A DNA stretch of 62,308 nt, counting the filler, from Collodictyon triciliatum (Eukaryota): NCBI GenBank assembly GCA_043381765.1. It is 17 parts of 17 records of this genome, joined end to end, with 100 filler letters (N's around TTAATTAATTAA, not from the genome) between each part and the next. Parts side by side here need not be neighbours in the genome. Positions count along the whole stretch, not along the records: positions 1 to 3,574 come from JBHJMP010007120.1; positions 3,675 to 7,248 come from JBHJMP010007121.1; positions 7,349 to 10,922 come from JBHJMP010007122.1; positions 11,023 to 14,596 come from JBHJMP010007123.1; positions 14,697 to 18,268 come from JBHJMP010007124.1; 12 more parts are not named here. One strand, written 5' to 3'. The first letter of the stretch is position 1. Each line of letters starts with the position of its first letter. The position numbers and the translations under genes were made by a program. The notes beneath the pieces are model-generated. The model searched no databases. It was given only the letters and a program-made list of their open reading frames with translations, and had not been told where the DNA came from. This document shows positions 1-15,854 of this stretch, piece by piece.

Positions 1-171
1 AAAGTAAAAAAAGTAAAAAAAGTAAAAAAAGTAAAAAAAGTAAAAAAAGTAAAAAAAGTAAAAAAAGTAAAAAAAGTAAAAAAAGTAAAAAAAGAAAAAA
101 GAAAAAGAAAAAAAGAAAAAAAAAAGAACGGCTCAAGACACACGACCAACAAAACCCACTCTGAAATTAAT

Positions 172-450
172 GACTTTCGAATTGCAGTGCGCAATAAGGC
201 TCTCAAGGTCGGAGCGCGGCAGGTGTTTAAGGAGGACCTGTAGAAAAGGTTTATCAAGGATTACATCTTCCGGGTCATCCAGGTGGAATGCATATGTCAA
301 GGCCGGTACTTGTTAGAGACGTTGCTGGCGCGGCTGGTGATTGCGTGGTGGCTGGTACACTTCAAGCTCCATCTAAGTGCTGTACCCGATGCTGCGCATC
401 ATCGTCTGTGGTGGCTGCCGGAGTTCTCAGCGTCCTTCCAAAGCCGTCCT
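172..450 (+). pseudogene. ASS1: Argininosuccinate synthase fragment, decayed
   Basis: Manual translation AVRNKALKVGARQVFKEDL*KRFIKDYIFRVIQVECICQGRYLLETLLARLVIA..VHFKL..LYPMLRII..WLPEFSASFQSRP matches eukaryotic ASS motifs (KALKLGA..EDV..RYLLGTSLARP..VRFEL..WRMPEF..RFxGR). It has a TAG at 241, frameshifts, and lacks the HGATGKGNDQ segment. Confidence 0.8.
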
Positions 451-1479
451 ACTCCCATATAGATCCCAACCATATTACTATTAATTAGGCGCGACAAGTT
501 TATACCTTTCTTTGCCCCTAGAAATAATAGTCAATACATGTATATTCACCTTAAGTGAAGTGGGTTAAAACAGCTACGTAAAAAACAGTTGAAGTTTTAT
601 GTCATTAGAAGATATTGAGATGTTATTGACGGTTTTTCATGCTGATATTGTGTTAAGAAGTTTGAATATTGGATGGCATACATATAAAACCAATTAGTTC
701 GATTTGACTGAGCAATAAGATAAGCAGAAAGGTCATTTCATCATCCTATCTGCATGAGCGACGACCAAGCAAATTCCCATAATTTGAGAAGGAAATAAGA
801 AAAAAAATTGGCTGCAAAATGATAAGTATAATGAGTCGCCTGAAAAAAAAAAGGGAAACCGAACTAGCAAATATGCAGGTGTACGACAGGCAAAGAAAGC
901 AAAGGAGACACTGCAGCAAATAGAAGAATGGCTTCATGATCAAGCAATCCGCGCAATGAACCGAAGAGAACAAGAAAGGCCTGATGAAAGGGTTAGTAGG
1001 CTTCATGTTCTAGCCATCAAGTCATAGACGACATAATTATGAATATAGTGCTCAGGATTAATTGTATGGTTCGTTCATCCGTTTCCATGTTTTCTTTTTT
1101 GTTTTTCACCCATTCCAACGCGAAGCACAGGTACCAAAGGTAGTATTAAGTATATATCTGTATCATTTTTATATTTATATTTATTTCCTTCACTACCCGA
1201 GCCATACAGAGCTGAGGGCGAATACCAGACCTTAATTTGTTAAGAAATCTCATCCACTTAATCCTGCACCCACAGAGCACTTTGTCTCCTTTCAGCCATA
1301 ATCGACCCCAGAGAGCACAGACCAGAACATATATTTGTATTGGTATCGATAACAGGGCAGGAGGAGGAAGAAGAGAATAGAAGACCTCACCATTTTTGCG
1401 ACTTTAGGCCTACCAAAGAATCATTGATTGGGACGGATAGCCGTGCACTGCTGCAGACGTCCTGAAGGAGATAAGTAGA

Positions 1480-2390
1480 AGCGTCGTGGGCGCAAGCGTG
1501 CCTGTCCGTGGGGGCTAATGCGACGGCAAAGAGCGCCCACAAGATGCCGACGAGGCTGATGCAAAGGTCGGGCAGGAAAGGGAGGCGTAAGGCCAGGAGT
1601 GCCGCCAGAGGCATGGTGACGAGCGAGTAGCCGAGAAGATACCAGACAGCAACCAGACAGTGACGGCCCAGACCGCGTTGCCTTGCAGCTCATCGGCAAT
1701 GTGGAAATGGGCGCCGACTGGGATGAGGGCGGCTGTTTGTCGCTGGTGAAGGCCGCAGGCACATAGGCACGCGCGAGATGGATTAGGTCGCAACGAAGGG
1801 TAGCAGCACAAGCCCAACAAGGACAGCCCCGCAGATGGCCAGCGCCACGTAGAGCAGGATGTAGATGGTCAGGAGGATGACGCGAGCATCCAGCGCAACA
1901 ATGTCACCCGCTGCCTCGGCCAGAACCGCGGCTCCTTGGAAGCTCGAGACCTCCAGCGCAGCCATGACCCCGGCTGCTGCCTTGCCACATACATCTATCT
2001 GTCACAACCACCAGGCAAAGCTCGCTCTGAGCATCGTGCGCATCAGAGACGTCGCCATGGCTGTGCCTGTGAGACCGAGTTCCGCAGTGCAAATGAGCGC
2101 ATAGTTTGCTAGGATGTTGAAGAGGTTGGCAGCAAGGCCCAGGGCCAGACACGGAGCCATACAGCCTTGCACCTGCTGGTACTCCTGCAGGACCGTGGTC
2201 ACAACGAGACACGACACCCCGGGATTCAGCCAGAGGCAGAAATCGCCCGTCAGCCGCGCAATGCCTGCATAATGTCCCCAGCATGTCGAGATAGGTGCTC
2301 ACACCGACGCAAAAGAACCACGACAGTTTGAACCATGCGTTGCCCAGCGCTGCTGCTGCCAGCTCATTCTTGCCTTGGTGCCCACCATCA
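1480..2390 (-). pseudogene. MATE family efflux transporter, decayed and intronless
   Basis: Pieces in different frames: ELAAAALGNAWFKLSWFFCVGVST; VLQEYQQVQG..PCLALGLAANLFNILANYALI...LGLTGTAMATS; MAALEVSSFQGAAVLA. These are MATE-like segments broken by frameshifts. GC content is higher than in host genes. Confidence 0.75.
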
Positions 2391-2669
2391 TCTGGTCCAT
2401 AGTATGCAGTAGAGTCAGTAGCAGATTTGTCAATACTGTGGGGATTCCGAGGTGGAGTGGTTGCTTCAGCTCGACCCGAGTCTCCTACCCAGGCCCCATT
2501 CTGTGTCGCAGTGCTCTGTGTCTTTGTTCGCTTGGTGGTCGTCGCTGCCGTCATTGTCCGGGTACTCGCTGCTCAACGTTCTGTGTGGATGGGTATCTTG
2601 CTTCTCCTTTTTGAAGGTGAGACTTTGTAATATGCGTTATGCGGCGTATGACTTATTCGGGGTTCATTT

Positions 2670-3396
2670 TTTTTCTTAATTTCAATTTTGTGCGGGATGG
2701 TGAGGATTTTGGCTTTGGTTCGATAGCCATCGTTTGCATGAACGCTACTTGTTGGCTGGTTGGCAGAGAAGTAGTCGGTAATCAGGAATTGCATCCTGCG
2801 GTTTGGCCTGCAACCTGTGTCTTGTGCTTGCATGAGAGATACAAGGCGAGGTTTAACATCTTTCTCAGCCTCTTTCCACATGTCTCTTCTCACAGGGTCT
2901 GGGTAATAGAGAACGTGCAGGTGGCGAAGAAAGCTGGTGAGAAAAGCATTTGTATGATGTCATTCAGCCTGTTATCAGGAATGGGTGGCTGGTTGTTGAG
3001 TCTTGCTTTGCGTGAGTATATGCGCGCTATCCACACAGTCCATAGCAAATGGCCTCGCGTTACTGCCCAGAATGTTTTTGCCTCTGGACGCAGCAGTTGC
3101 AGAGGCCCAAACATCGCCTGGATTGGGCAAACAGCCGCAACCGTCTTGAGTGTCAGTCGAAGAGTCTCACCGGCTGTTTCGCGCAGGTTTTGAGCGAAGG
3201 GACATTGTAAAAAATGGGTGCTCAATGGACTCATCACCGTTGCTTCAAAGTGTGCATTGTTGGGAGACTTTGCCAGCTTTTGCCGCGCGTGTGCCCATTC
3301 ATAGCTCCCTATTGGTGATGCTAAGCATTAGAGAGCGGTGATTTGGAAGGACTTGCGGGGTTCGTGCTTGTCTCCAGCTTTTGCCGTGCGTGTGCC
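2670..3396 (-). mobile_element. 3' remnant of a non-LTR (L1/Tx1-like) retrotransposon ORF2, zf-RVT domain
   Basis: Minus strand reads WRQARTPQVLPNHRSLMLSITNREL*MG...CTL*SNGDESIEH/FLQCPFAQ...WAVTRGHLLWTVWIAR. This fits a CCHC zf-RVT motif followed by WxxWxxR, with stops and frameshifts. Confidence 0.65.
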
Positions 3397-3574
3397 TCAT
3401 CTATGTACATATATCTCTAAACATATAAAGCGACAAAACAACGCAATACGGCCGCACTTTAAACCTTTGAACGACAATACTATATCTGAGTCATAGTAGG
3501 ATGTTAATGGAACCGACCTTGTATTCATCGCGATATGAATCAACAGGTTGAATAGATAGGTTATGAAAAAAGAA

Positions 3575-3674
3575 NNNNNNNNNNNNNNNNNNNNNNNNNN
3601 NNNNNNNNNNNNNNNNNNTTAATTAATTAANNNNNNNNNNNNNNNNNNNNNNNNNNNNNNNNNNNNNNNNNNNN
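3575..3674. other. Artificial contig linker (N-run + TTAATTAATTAA + N-run, 100 nt); first of 16
   Basis: The same 100-nt spacer, with stops in all six frames, recurs at ~7249, 10923, 14597, 18269, 21941, 25613, 29284, 32955, 36625, 40295, 43965, 47633, 51301, 54973 and 58644. Intervening contigs are all ~3.57 kb, consistent with length-sorted unplaced contigs. Confidence 0.97.
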
Positions 3675-3680
3675 TTTTTT

Positions 3681-3711
<31 letters not shown>

Positions 3712-4012
3712 GTATATCTATTCGTGAGTTAATTTATTTTCTTATGGTTTCTCTCTGCTTCTTTAAGTAATCAATTTTTTTTTTTTAGTCTTCCTTTCAG
3801 TTTTGTGCACGATGGTGGAGATGTTGGTTCTTTAAGTAATCATAATCATAATTCATTGTTGCTATCACTATCATAGATTAACCAGCATCATATACAATTT
3901 AGGGCATTTCTTTTATTCCTATGAGGAGTGCATCAGCGAGACTGAGAAAGCACGAATGTAAAAAAATGAAAAGAGAAAAAAAGGGCAAAGGAAACTTCAC
4001 ACTCCGTTTCAC

Positions 4013-6943
<2,931 letters not shown>

Positions 6944-7197
6944 TCTCGAGACTAAAACCTGACTGTCACTAAGCGACACGATTTGAGAGATAAATGATCC
7001 GCAGCAGTAAGACTTTGTGCTGAGAAATATGTTTCAGAATGAGTCAAGTTGAACTTTGAATCGAATAAAGGAAGAAAAAAGAATAAGCCAAGTTGGAGAG
7101 TCAATCATGAAGACGCAAAGGCAATATTATAACCCAATACTTCACAACATAGTTTGCTTAAGAAAGAAAGGGGGAAAAAAAAAAAGGAAGAGAAAGA

Positions 7198-7248
<51 letters not shown>

Positions 7249-7349
7249 NNNNNNNNNNNNNNNNNNNNNNNNNNNNNNNNNNNNNNNNNNNNTTAATTAA
7301 TTAANNNNNNNNNNNNNNNNNNNNNNNNNNNNNNNNNNNNNNNNNNNNT

Positions 7350-7441
<92 letters not shown>

Positions 7442-8119
7442 TTCTTTATTGGACTTGTTAAACATCTCGACCATTGTCTGTGGGGATTTCTCGCAGCTGT
7501 GTTAAGCGGATGTTTTATTCGATTCATTCTATTCTCCCCAGTTAGGCGATTCGAGTTAGCTCTTATCCTGAATAAACTTTTACAAATTACTTGAGATTTT
7601 CTTTTATTCTGGAAGTGAAATGAGTGGATAATGAATGTGCCTTAATACATAGTCATAGTGGATATCAGGAATTGAATAAAGCATGGTACCATCCCATGTT
7701 TTCTCAACTTTTCAAGCCACATCGTCTAATGATCGGCTTAATCCATTAGTTCCAGGAAGAGAGAAGAGTTACAAGCTTTTCCGATTCATTTCTTTCATAA
7801 CAATATACGATTCCTTTAAAGGTAACTCATAGCGGATTCCTTGTAATATAATCCTATCGAAGATCTTAAAACTGAGAGGTTTCATTAAACCAGAATATTG
7901 CATTAGTTCTATTATACGAAACAGACATATTTTGTCGTTCATTTTTTTATTATTATTCTTTTCGCTCTCTTTCGCATATTATTCAATGAAAGCACTTGAG
8001 AAATTAATGCATATATTTTACCTGATTTTTCCAAAAAAATATTCTACAGTTTATCTCATTCCCAATGACGAATACCTTTAGGTTAGTGAGAATATTCAGC
8101 ACAAACCTTTTGCTCTCCG

Positions 8120-10743
8120 ATGACAAGCAAGCCAGGATCGGGAAAAGTAAGCCGCATCCTGAGGAACTCAGAATCATCTGACGAAGAGGATGGAATGGGG
8201 TCATTTCGACTTCCTCCAGCTAATTTATCTTTCTCTGCTCGAGGTTTTTTTTTGTATAATTTCCCCACCTTCTCTCCCCCCCCCCCAAACGTATAGAAGT
8301 GTGTCAGGCTTCATGTATTTTTCATCAGCGCAACCATTTGGAACATTTTGTATCTAACTATTGTTACAACCCAGCACATTATCTGAAGTATTGAATTATA
8401 TTATCGGGTTTAGTCTGCGATATTGAAATTCAAATGAATCTTTGCGATTCAGATATTCCCATCATCACCCTTCAATTTTATCACAAAAATTCAACATCCT
8501 AATCTAATTAGAAAAAAACAAGAGCCGTGCCGGTGGAGAAAGAAACGGTCCAGTTGGGGTTTTCTCCGAGGCTGAATCTAATCGACGAGCATTTAGCGCA
8601 GAGGGTTCGAAAAGGGCACACCATAATATCGAAAAGAGCTTGCTCTGTGTCGAACCCAAAGAAGTTGAAATATTTGATATAAGCCCCAATCAAGTATATG
8701 TGGCAACTATCGTTGTAAAGAATCTCGATATCGTAAGTGTAATATAAAAGAGTTTATTATTCGCATACACTTTTAAATGCTTACCACATTTTTTCCCATT
8801 ACAACCTTTCACTTCCAGATGAGCAGATATACATTTTAGAGTTTCTTTAATGACCATATTTATCATTTGGTGAGAAATTCATTACTTTTTTTATCTAAGA
8901 TTAATCGTCGAGTCAGGATAAGTCCACCTGTGAGCAAACTTTTTACCATAAGTAACGTGACGTTTCCTCCGATTGCTCCTGGATTAGATATTAAGGTTGA
9001 AATAGAATTCTCTCCTCCATCGGATGAGAAAGAATATCACGACCGAATCATGGTGGTATCTTCAAATGAACAAATTGAAGTTCAAATACACGCGTAATAT
9101 ATTTATTCTGGGAGAATTTCGTGATTCAAGATGACTCCAATATTCATCACCCTCCATTTGCCCGAATCATGTATACGATAACGTGATAAATAATACAAAA
9201 AAAGCACAATCGATGCTTATATTACTTTCCTTAAAAAACTAAAAGGTATCCACCAGGCTCCGATATTCAATTTGAAGGATTTATCCAGCTAGGCCCTGTT
9301 TTATTAAACACGACCACTTCAAAAATGGTCGAGCTACGAAACGTTGGAACTAAAAGGGGATTGTACTCATTTGTTTTGGATCCCTCTCTGCCCTTGCGCA
9401 TTACTCCGCGTGCTGGATTTCTCGAACCACGAAATAGCGAAAAGTCTACAGAAATTGTGAAGGTGGGCTTGTCAACTCATCTACAATCTTTCAGAAATAT
9501 CCTGTTTCTCTGACTGGAACCGCTTTATCGCCAATATTGTACACCAGTGGTGAGTTTGTAATGATATTTTCATCAGGTTGAGGTGATAGGGTCGCAACTA
9601 GGAGCTTTCCGAACCCTAGTTCCAGTATCGATCGATGGTCAACCAGGGTAAGTTTCCCAAAAGTCATCATAATATAATAATTATCTGTGTCCGGTCTTTT
9701 CCATTACCAAAGAAGTAATGCATTAGAGGAAATTTTGATGCATAACATCGTGGTATCAGTATCGTATAAGCTCCATTTCGTTGCGTTGCATAAATACATC
9801 ATCCATATGCGAGACAAGAAGACTGAGGTCTTATGAAATTGATAGAAATTGGATAGTTTCTAACGGTCTTGATTTCTGATAGGGCGAAATTTTTAGACGT
9901 GAACGCTACAATAGTAGAGCAATCTCTTGAAGTTGTTTTACCAGAAGATGGACGCTCTTTAGATAGTAATGTCTTATTTTAGCCATGCAATATAAACGCC
10001 TCCACATAGAAATATCCACATTATAGTTATCGAGACATATTCGATTCATTTTTTTAAAAAAAAGCTGATACCTGAAAATTATTATTTCTCTCTCTAATTT
10101 GGGTTTTGGAATGTCTCAGGTGTTCATTTTGGCTCCTTATTTTATGGACAGCAGCGAATTATCCAAGCCCATATTGTCAACAACGGGTTGGTGATATTTT
10201 TCCTTTAAGAGAAACAAATGCATCATTAGCCATACCGTTTTATTATATAATTCACCTTTTAATATGAAGTCGGTGTCTATAGACCCCAACCTACATCTTT
10301 TGTCATATCTGTTCAGGAAGAGTCTAGCACAATCAGATCTGAATCTGGAAATACAATGGAGAAGGTATGCTATTTTGAATTTTTGGTTTTTTTTTTATCC
10401 AAGTGTGTTAACTAGAAAAACCGATACTCATATTTTCTCGCTTACGATAGCCATCTTCTGATGATGACGATAGAGAACCAGTGATTCTATATTCTAAGGT
10501 CCCACCCGCTATTATGGTATCTCCGTAAGTCAATTTCTATTTCGACTTGGAGTTCAAAAAAGAAAGCAACAGGAATTGCACCAGCCAAAACAACCTTACT
10601 GGAAGTGGAAATATTCATTTATTGCTAGAGGATTCAATCAAATATGACGGAAACAATACAACATCGCCTTGTCTTTTGCTATATGCAAACTTAATAGGCT
10701 TCACCTTCCACTCATTACATAAAGTATGGCCAACCTTAAGTAT

Positions 10744-10818
<75 letters not shown>

Positions 10819-10892
10819 AGACATGAAGGGACGTTGTCTCCTTTCAGCAAGATGCCGTTAGTCATTAAGTTCCTTCCCAGCCCTGAAAAACT
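8120..10892 (+). CDS. CFAP47: Cilia/flagella-associated protein 47-like (ASH/Ig repeats), 5' part, truncated by contig end
   Basis: Spliced exons VEPKEVEIFDI..YVATIVVKN; IAPGLDIKVEIEF..YHDRIMV; KMVELRNVGTKRG; IDGQP..LDVNATIVEQSLE; VHFGSLFYGQQRIIQAHIVNNG follow the CFAP47 N-terminal pattern. Start codon is tentative. Confidence 0.8.
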
Positions 10893-11313
10893 GTTAATAG
10901 TTTTTCTTTTTTTTTGATTCTGNNNNNNNNNNNNNNNNNNNNNNNNNNNNNNNNNNNNNNNNNNNNTTAATTAATTAANNNNNNNNNNNNNNNNNNNNNN
11001 NNNNNNNNNNNNNNNNNNNNNNAATTTATTATTATTGTTTTTAAAAAAAAAAAAAAAATTTTTTTAAAAAAAAAAATTTTTTTTTTTATAAAATTTTTTT
11101 TTTCTTTTTTTTTTTTTAAAATTTATATTTTTTAACCTTTTTTTTTTTTTCTTTTTTCCCCCTTTTTTTTTTTTCTTTCGTCTTCTTTTTTTTTTTTTTT
11201 TTTTTTTGGTAGCAAAATATGCTGTTACACTTGAACACATTACATATCCGATAATTGCGCTCTTTGGATAACAAATATAATTATAGTTCTGCTAAGATGT
11301 TGAGGTTGGGAAC

Positions 11314-11440
11314 CTTCGTCAGATATCTTTATCGCAATGTCCTCGTGTCCCTCTGCAATAATGATTTTAACTTTCGGAAGATCTACAACATCTCGTCCAC
11401 AGTTTTCCACCGTCTAATGAATTGTGTAGTGAATGTTAAT

Positions 11441-11481
<41 letters not shown>

Positions 11482-13521
11482 AATAAAAAAATAATTTTAT
11501 TTTAAAAAAATAAGAATAAAAATAATGTAAGCGTAACAAAGTGAAAGCAGCAAATATCAATTAGTTGTGTGAGACTTCTCTTAAAGAATGGCAAAGACAT
11601 AAATTTAAAGCGAATACTAACAATATTGATGAAAAAATTGAATATGCATGGTTAGCAACCACAAATATATACCTTAATATATAAATAATAAAATATCTAT
11701 CTATCTACTTACTGCTCGCAATGAATTCTTGATCAGTTCGAAAACCATGTAATACAAATGAGATGTGATGTAAGGAAACTCTAGATTTACCTTACCTAAG
11801 AAAAGCATAAAAGTGAACAATATTGATACAATCATACAAAGTCACTTACCTATACAGTCTTTATATTGAAAGAGAGAAGATAACTGATAAACGTGGCAAT
11901 TACACTGTTCATTAGGTACTATTTATTCACATGTGCGAGTAAATAGATTGTGAAATTAGGATTTGGATTAAGTTTACCATGAACACTAACTTCAGGTGTA
12001 TTTTCGTAGTGGGATAGACACAAATTTTTCGCATGGTCAACTGCCTCTTGGATGAGATCAACTGGCCTACATTTTGCTTGAATAATACCGACGAACCCTG
12101 GTCTCTATAGCGCAGATAAAATATACGTTTTTTTTTTTNNNNNNNNNNNNNNNNNNNNNNNNNNNNNNNNNNNNNNNNNNNNNNNNNNNNNNNNNNNNNN
12201 NNNNNNNNNNNNNNNNNNNNNNNNNNNNNNNNNNNNNNNNNNNNNNNNNNNNNNNNNNNNNNNNNNNNNNNNNNNNNNNNNNNNNNNNNNNNNNNNNNNN
12301 NNNNNNNNNNNNNNNNNNNNNNNNNNNNNNNNNNNNNNNNNNNNNNNNNNNNNNNNNNNNNNNNNNNNNNNNNNNNNNNNNNNNNNNNNNNNNNNNNNNN
12401 NNNNNNNNNNNNNNNNNNNNNNNNNNNNNNNNNNNNNNNNNNNNNNNNNNNNNNNNNNNNNNNNNNNNNNNNNNNNNNNNNNNNNNNNNNNNNNNNNNNN
12501 NNNNNNNNNNNNNNNNNNNNNNNNNNNNNNNNNNNNNNNNNNNNNNNNNNNNNNNNNNNNNNNNNNNNNNNNNNNNNNNNNNNNNNNNNNNNNNNNNNNN
12601 NNNNNNNNNNNNNNNNNNNNNNNNNNNNNNNNNNNNNNNNNNNNNNNNAGTCTAGTGTTGCTTTAGGGATTTAAATGTATGTAAATGTCAATCCAAACGA
12701 TTAGTATGTATAAACAACCCTAAGTGTTCGGATTTGGTTGTTGAATGCGCCATCTGATTTGCAATCTTCAGGAGATACCTCGGGAGGAAACTGAAGCATA
12801 TCAGAGAATGCTTTGATATACCTAATTAGCTTCGCTCGTAAACCAGACCATGAAAAGGATATTCCAGTGTATAGATTTCATATCGAACTCAAACATACAT
12901 GTCTCGGACAATCTTGATGGAAGGCATATCAGATAATCCGTCAGGAAGCGAAGAAAGCTCGATCACTCGATGAGCAAGGCGAATAGGAACTTCCTTTTTT
13001 TTTCAAGAATGAATGAATATATAAATAATAAACAAAAAAGAGAAGAAAGTTCATACCTAATTACATAGTAGACGAACATGTAGGAAGTATTAATAGAAAA
13101 ATCCATGAAAAGAAAGTAGCATCGTAAACAAACACCAATAGCAAGATAAGGAAGATAAAAGAAGGAATGATCATATGAGAGCACCAAATAAAGAGCACGC
13201 ACCCGTCTCATCAGTCGGGCACTAGTGAGTCTTTTTTGTGAGGTAGGGTTCAACCCAAATTCATACATTTGCCGGAGAGTTACCTGTGAACATGTTGCGA
13301 GAAGGTTTCATTTTTCTGAAAGTTAATGGAGTGAAGCAAAACAAAGCAATATAAAAGCAACAATAATGGACACTTGGATGTCAGTTTGAAAAAAAACAAC
13401 AATATTTTCATCCTTTCATCTGCAACTGGCCGTATCAACCATATTATAGCCAGAATATGTTATTTTTCACTTGTAGCTCGAAAGGTTGTATTTGGTTCCC
13501 AGTGCATATATTTGAAAATAA

Positions 13522-13597
<76 letters not shown>

Positions 13598-13673
13598 GGA
13601 AAGCATGTACCGCAGTTTGCCTTTGGCTGGCATAATACGCCAGCTTCTCGGCCACTATTTTGCTCATCGCCAT
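11314..13673 (-). CDS. PDK: Mitochondrial pyruvate dehydrogenase kinase (PDK/BCKDK family), 3' truncated, internal N gap
   Basis: Exons translated by hand: QTAVTLRQMYEFG; EVPIRLAHRVIELSSLPDGLSDMPSI; PGFVGIIQAKC; FPYITSHLYYMVFELIKNSLRA; LPKVKIIIAEGHEDIAIKISDEG. Confidence 0.9.
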
Positions 13674-15414
13674 GGCGCTGGTCTGCGCGGGTGCGGCCGA
13701 AGCTTTTGCCCTACAGTTAAGTTTGGAATGAGCGAGAATCAAGGAAAAGAATGTTTGGAATGAACGTAAATAATATGACAATATAATTGAGGGACTCGTA
13801 ACATAAAATATAACGCTATGTGTTAAGGTTCTGCGCTTTTTCGCAGTGGTTGAGCAGCAGGGTTGCGAGTGCGAGTTTATTCTCTTTGATCAGACAAGCG
13901 CTTCCCGTTGCTGTTTGTCTGTTTGTTGCTCTCTGTGATGTTATATATCCACATTTGGAAAAACATTGTGCGTATATTCGGCCAATTCTTCCTGTCATCC
14001 TTTTTTATTTTTGTTTGTGGGTTGGGGGCATGGCATTTCTTTTGCATCCGGAGAACAAGGGATGGAGGACGAGTATCGGTTTTGTGGAAATATTTTTTTA
14101 TGACTATAGAATATGGCTTCTTTTTTTTTTTTTAAACAGCCTAGTTCTTAAACTCTCCCTCAACTTGATTATAAGGGCCAAAGACTAAATTTCTTTTTGT
14201 TGTTACATATCAAAATACTGATTGGACTCTGCTTAATCATTTTAAATGCTTATATCATGATGTACCACAAGTCGATGAGACCAAAATCTGAAAATGTTTG
14301 AGAAAAAGTAAGCGCGAACACAAAAAATGAGGCACTTTATCTTATCATCGGATTGCAGAAACATATATCATTTGTTGCGCGCTGTATCTATTCTCCCAAA
14401 AGCCACCGCCCTGCAACCCTTGGAACTATATCTATATATAGAAATAGATCTCAAACCACACAATTTCGTGATCCAGCCCAGCTTTATCCAGTCGGCCCAC
14501 ACGATCAACCCAAAAGAACAAAGGAACAAAGGAACAAAGGAACAAAGGAACAAAGGAACAAAGGAACAAAGGAACAAAGGAACAAAGGAACAAAGGNNNN
14601 NNNNNNNNNNNNNNNNNNNNNNNNNNNNNNNNNNNNNNNNTTAATTAATTAANNNNNNNNNNNNNNNNNNNNNNNNNNNNNNNNNNNNNNNNNNNNTGTT
14701 TGTTTGTTTGTTTGTTTGTTTGTTTGTTTGTTTGTTTGTTTGTTTGTTTGTTTGTTTGTTTGTTTGTTTGTTTGTTTGTTTGTTTGTTTGGTCTGTTGGT
14801 GTGTTTTAATCTACCACCGGGGCGGGCGGAGCCATCGGTGCATTGTTCTTGATCAATATAATTTCCAGATATGAACAAAGGAAAGAAAAGAAAACACTGC
14901 GAAGCCTAAATCTCACGACGGAAAAAGACACGAACATAGGGACGGCACACAGTTTCCAGAAGAGTGCAATTTGGAAAGGGACGCGCAAACACCAGCACCT
15001 GCACCAATGTTCCTCTGCTACGTCCGACGAAGCAGGAAACGTCACACGCAACATTTGTGGATAAAGCAGGATTCATTTTGTTCCCATACACACCCAACGA
15101 GGCCAAACCGTGATTATTTGTTTGTCTCTCATCTTTCCTTGATTCAGATATTCAAAATGGTTTCCCAATATTCTTCCTTTTTCTCCAGTATTTTTTTTTC
15201 TCTCTCATCCGTCTTCCAGGCTCGGTCATTACCCGAAACCCGTTTGATGCATTCTCCTAACTGAAAAACCACAACCCAGATCAACCCGCCTCCAAGGACT
15301 TACGCAACCGAGACAACACAGCGAAGCACACACACGAGAAGGACGCAACCCCCAGCCCACTAAGGAAAGGAAGCCTCGTTCAGTACCAGAAGAGCGGTAG
15401 TAGTCCCTCGCAGA

Positions 15415-15805
15415 ATGGGCGATTTCACAGCGGAGGAGACCAACGCCATCCGCGGCGTCACATTTACGGCGTGCTTTTTGTCCATCTTCGGCTGTCTCTT
15501 TATCCTGTTCTCATACGCGAAGTTTCCAAACGTTCGCTCTTTCCCATTGAAACTGGTCATGATTCAGTCTCTCGCGGATCTTTTTGGCTCGTTCTCGACC
15601 CTCCTCTCAATATTTTCCAAAGGAGCCTCTTTTGATACGTCCAGCCCAACAGAGAACTTTTTTTGTAAGCTACAAGGTATTTAACTTTGTGATGCATACC
15701 CATCAGAAATATTCCATCCTAACTGTCCCCGAAGAGCATTTGTTTTGTTCCTTTTGCCAATTTTTCTGTTATAATTATTATTATTATTATAATTATTTTA
15801 TTATA

Positions 15806-15854
<49 letters not shown>

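Noticed and set aside
850-1025. Peptide ..AMNRREQERPDERVSRL, reminiscent of Helitron RepHel N-terminal repeats
   Set aside because: A single short low-complexity resemblance with no Rep or helicase motifs nearby.
2890-3302. TGA at positions where Trp or Cys is expected, suggesting a variant genetic code
   Set aside because: Seen only in sequence that also has frameshifts. Intact genes end in TAA, TAG and TGA and I saw no internal TGA in them.
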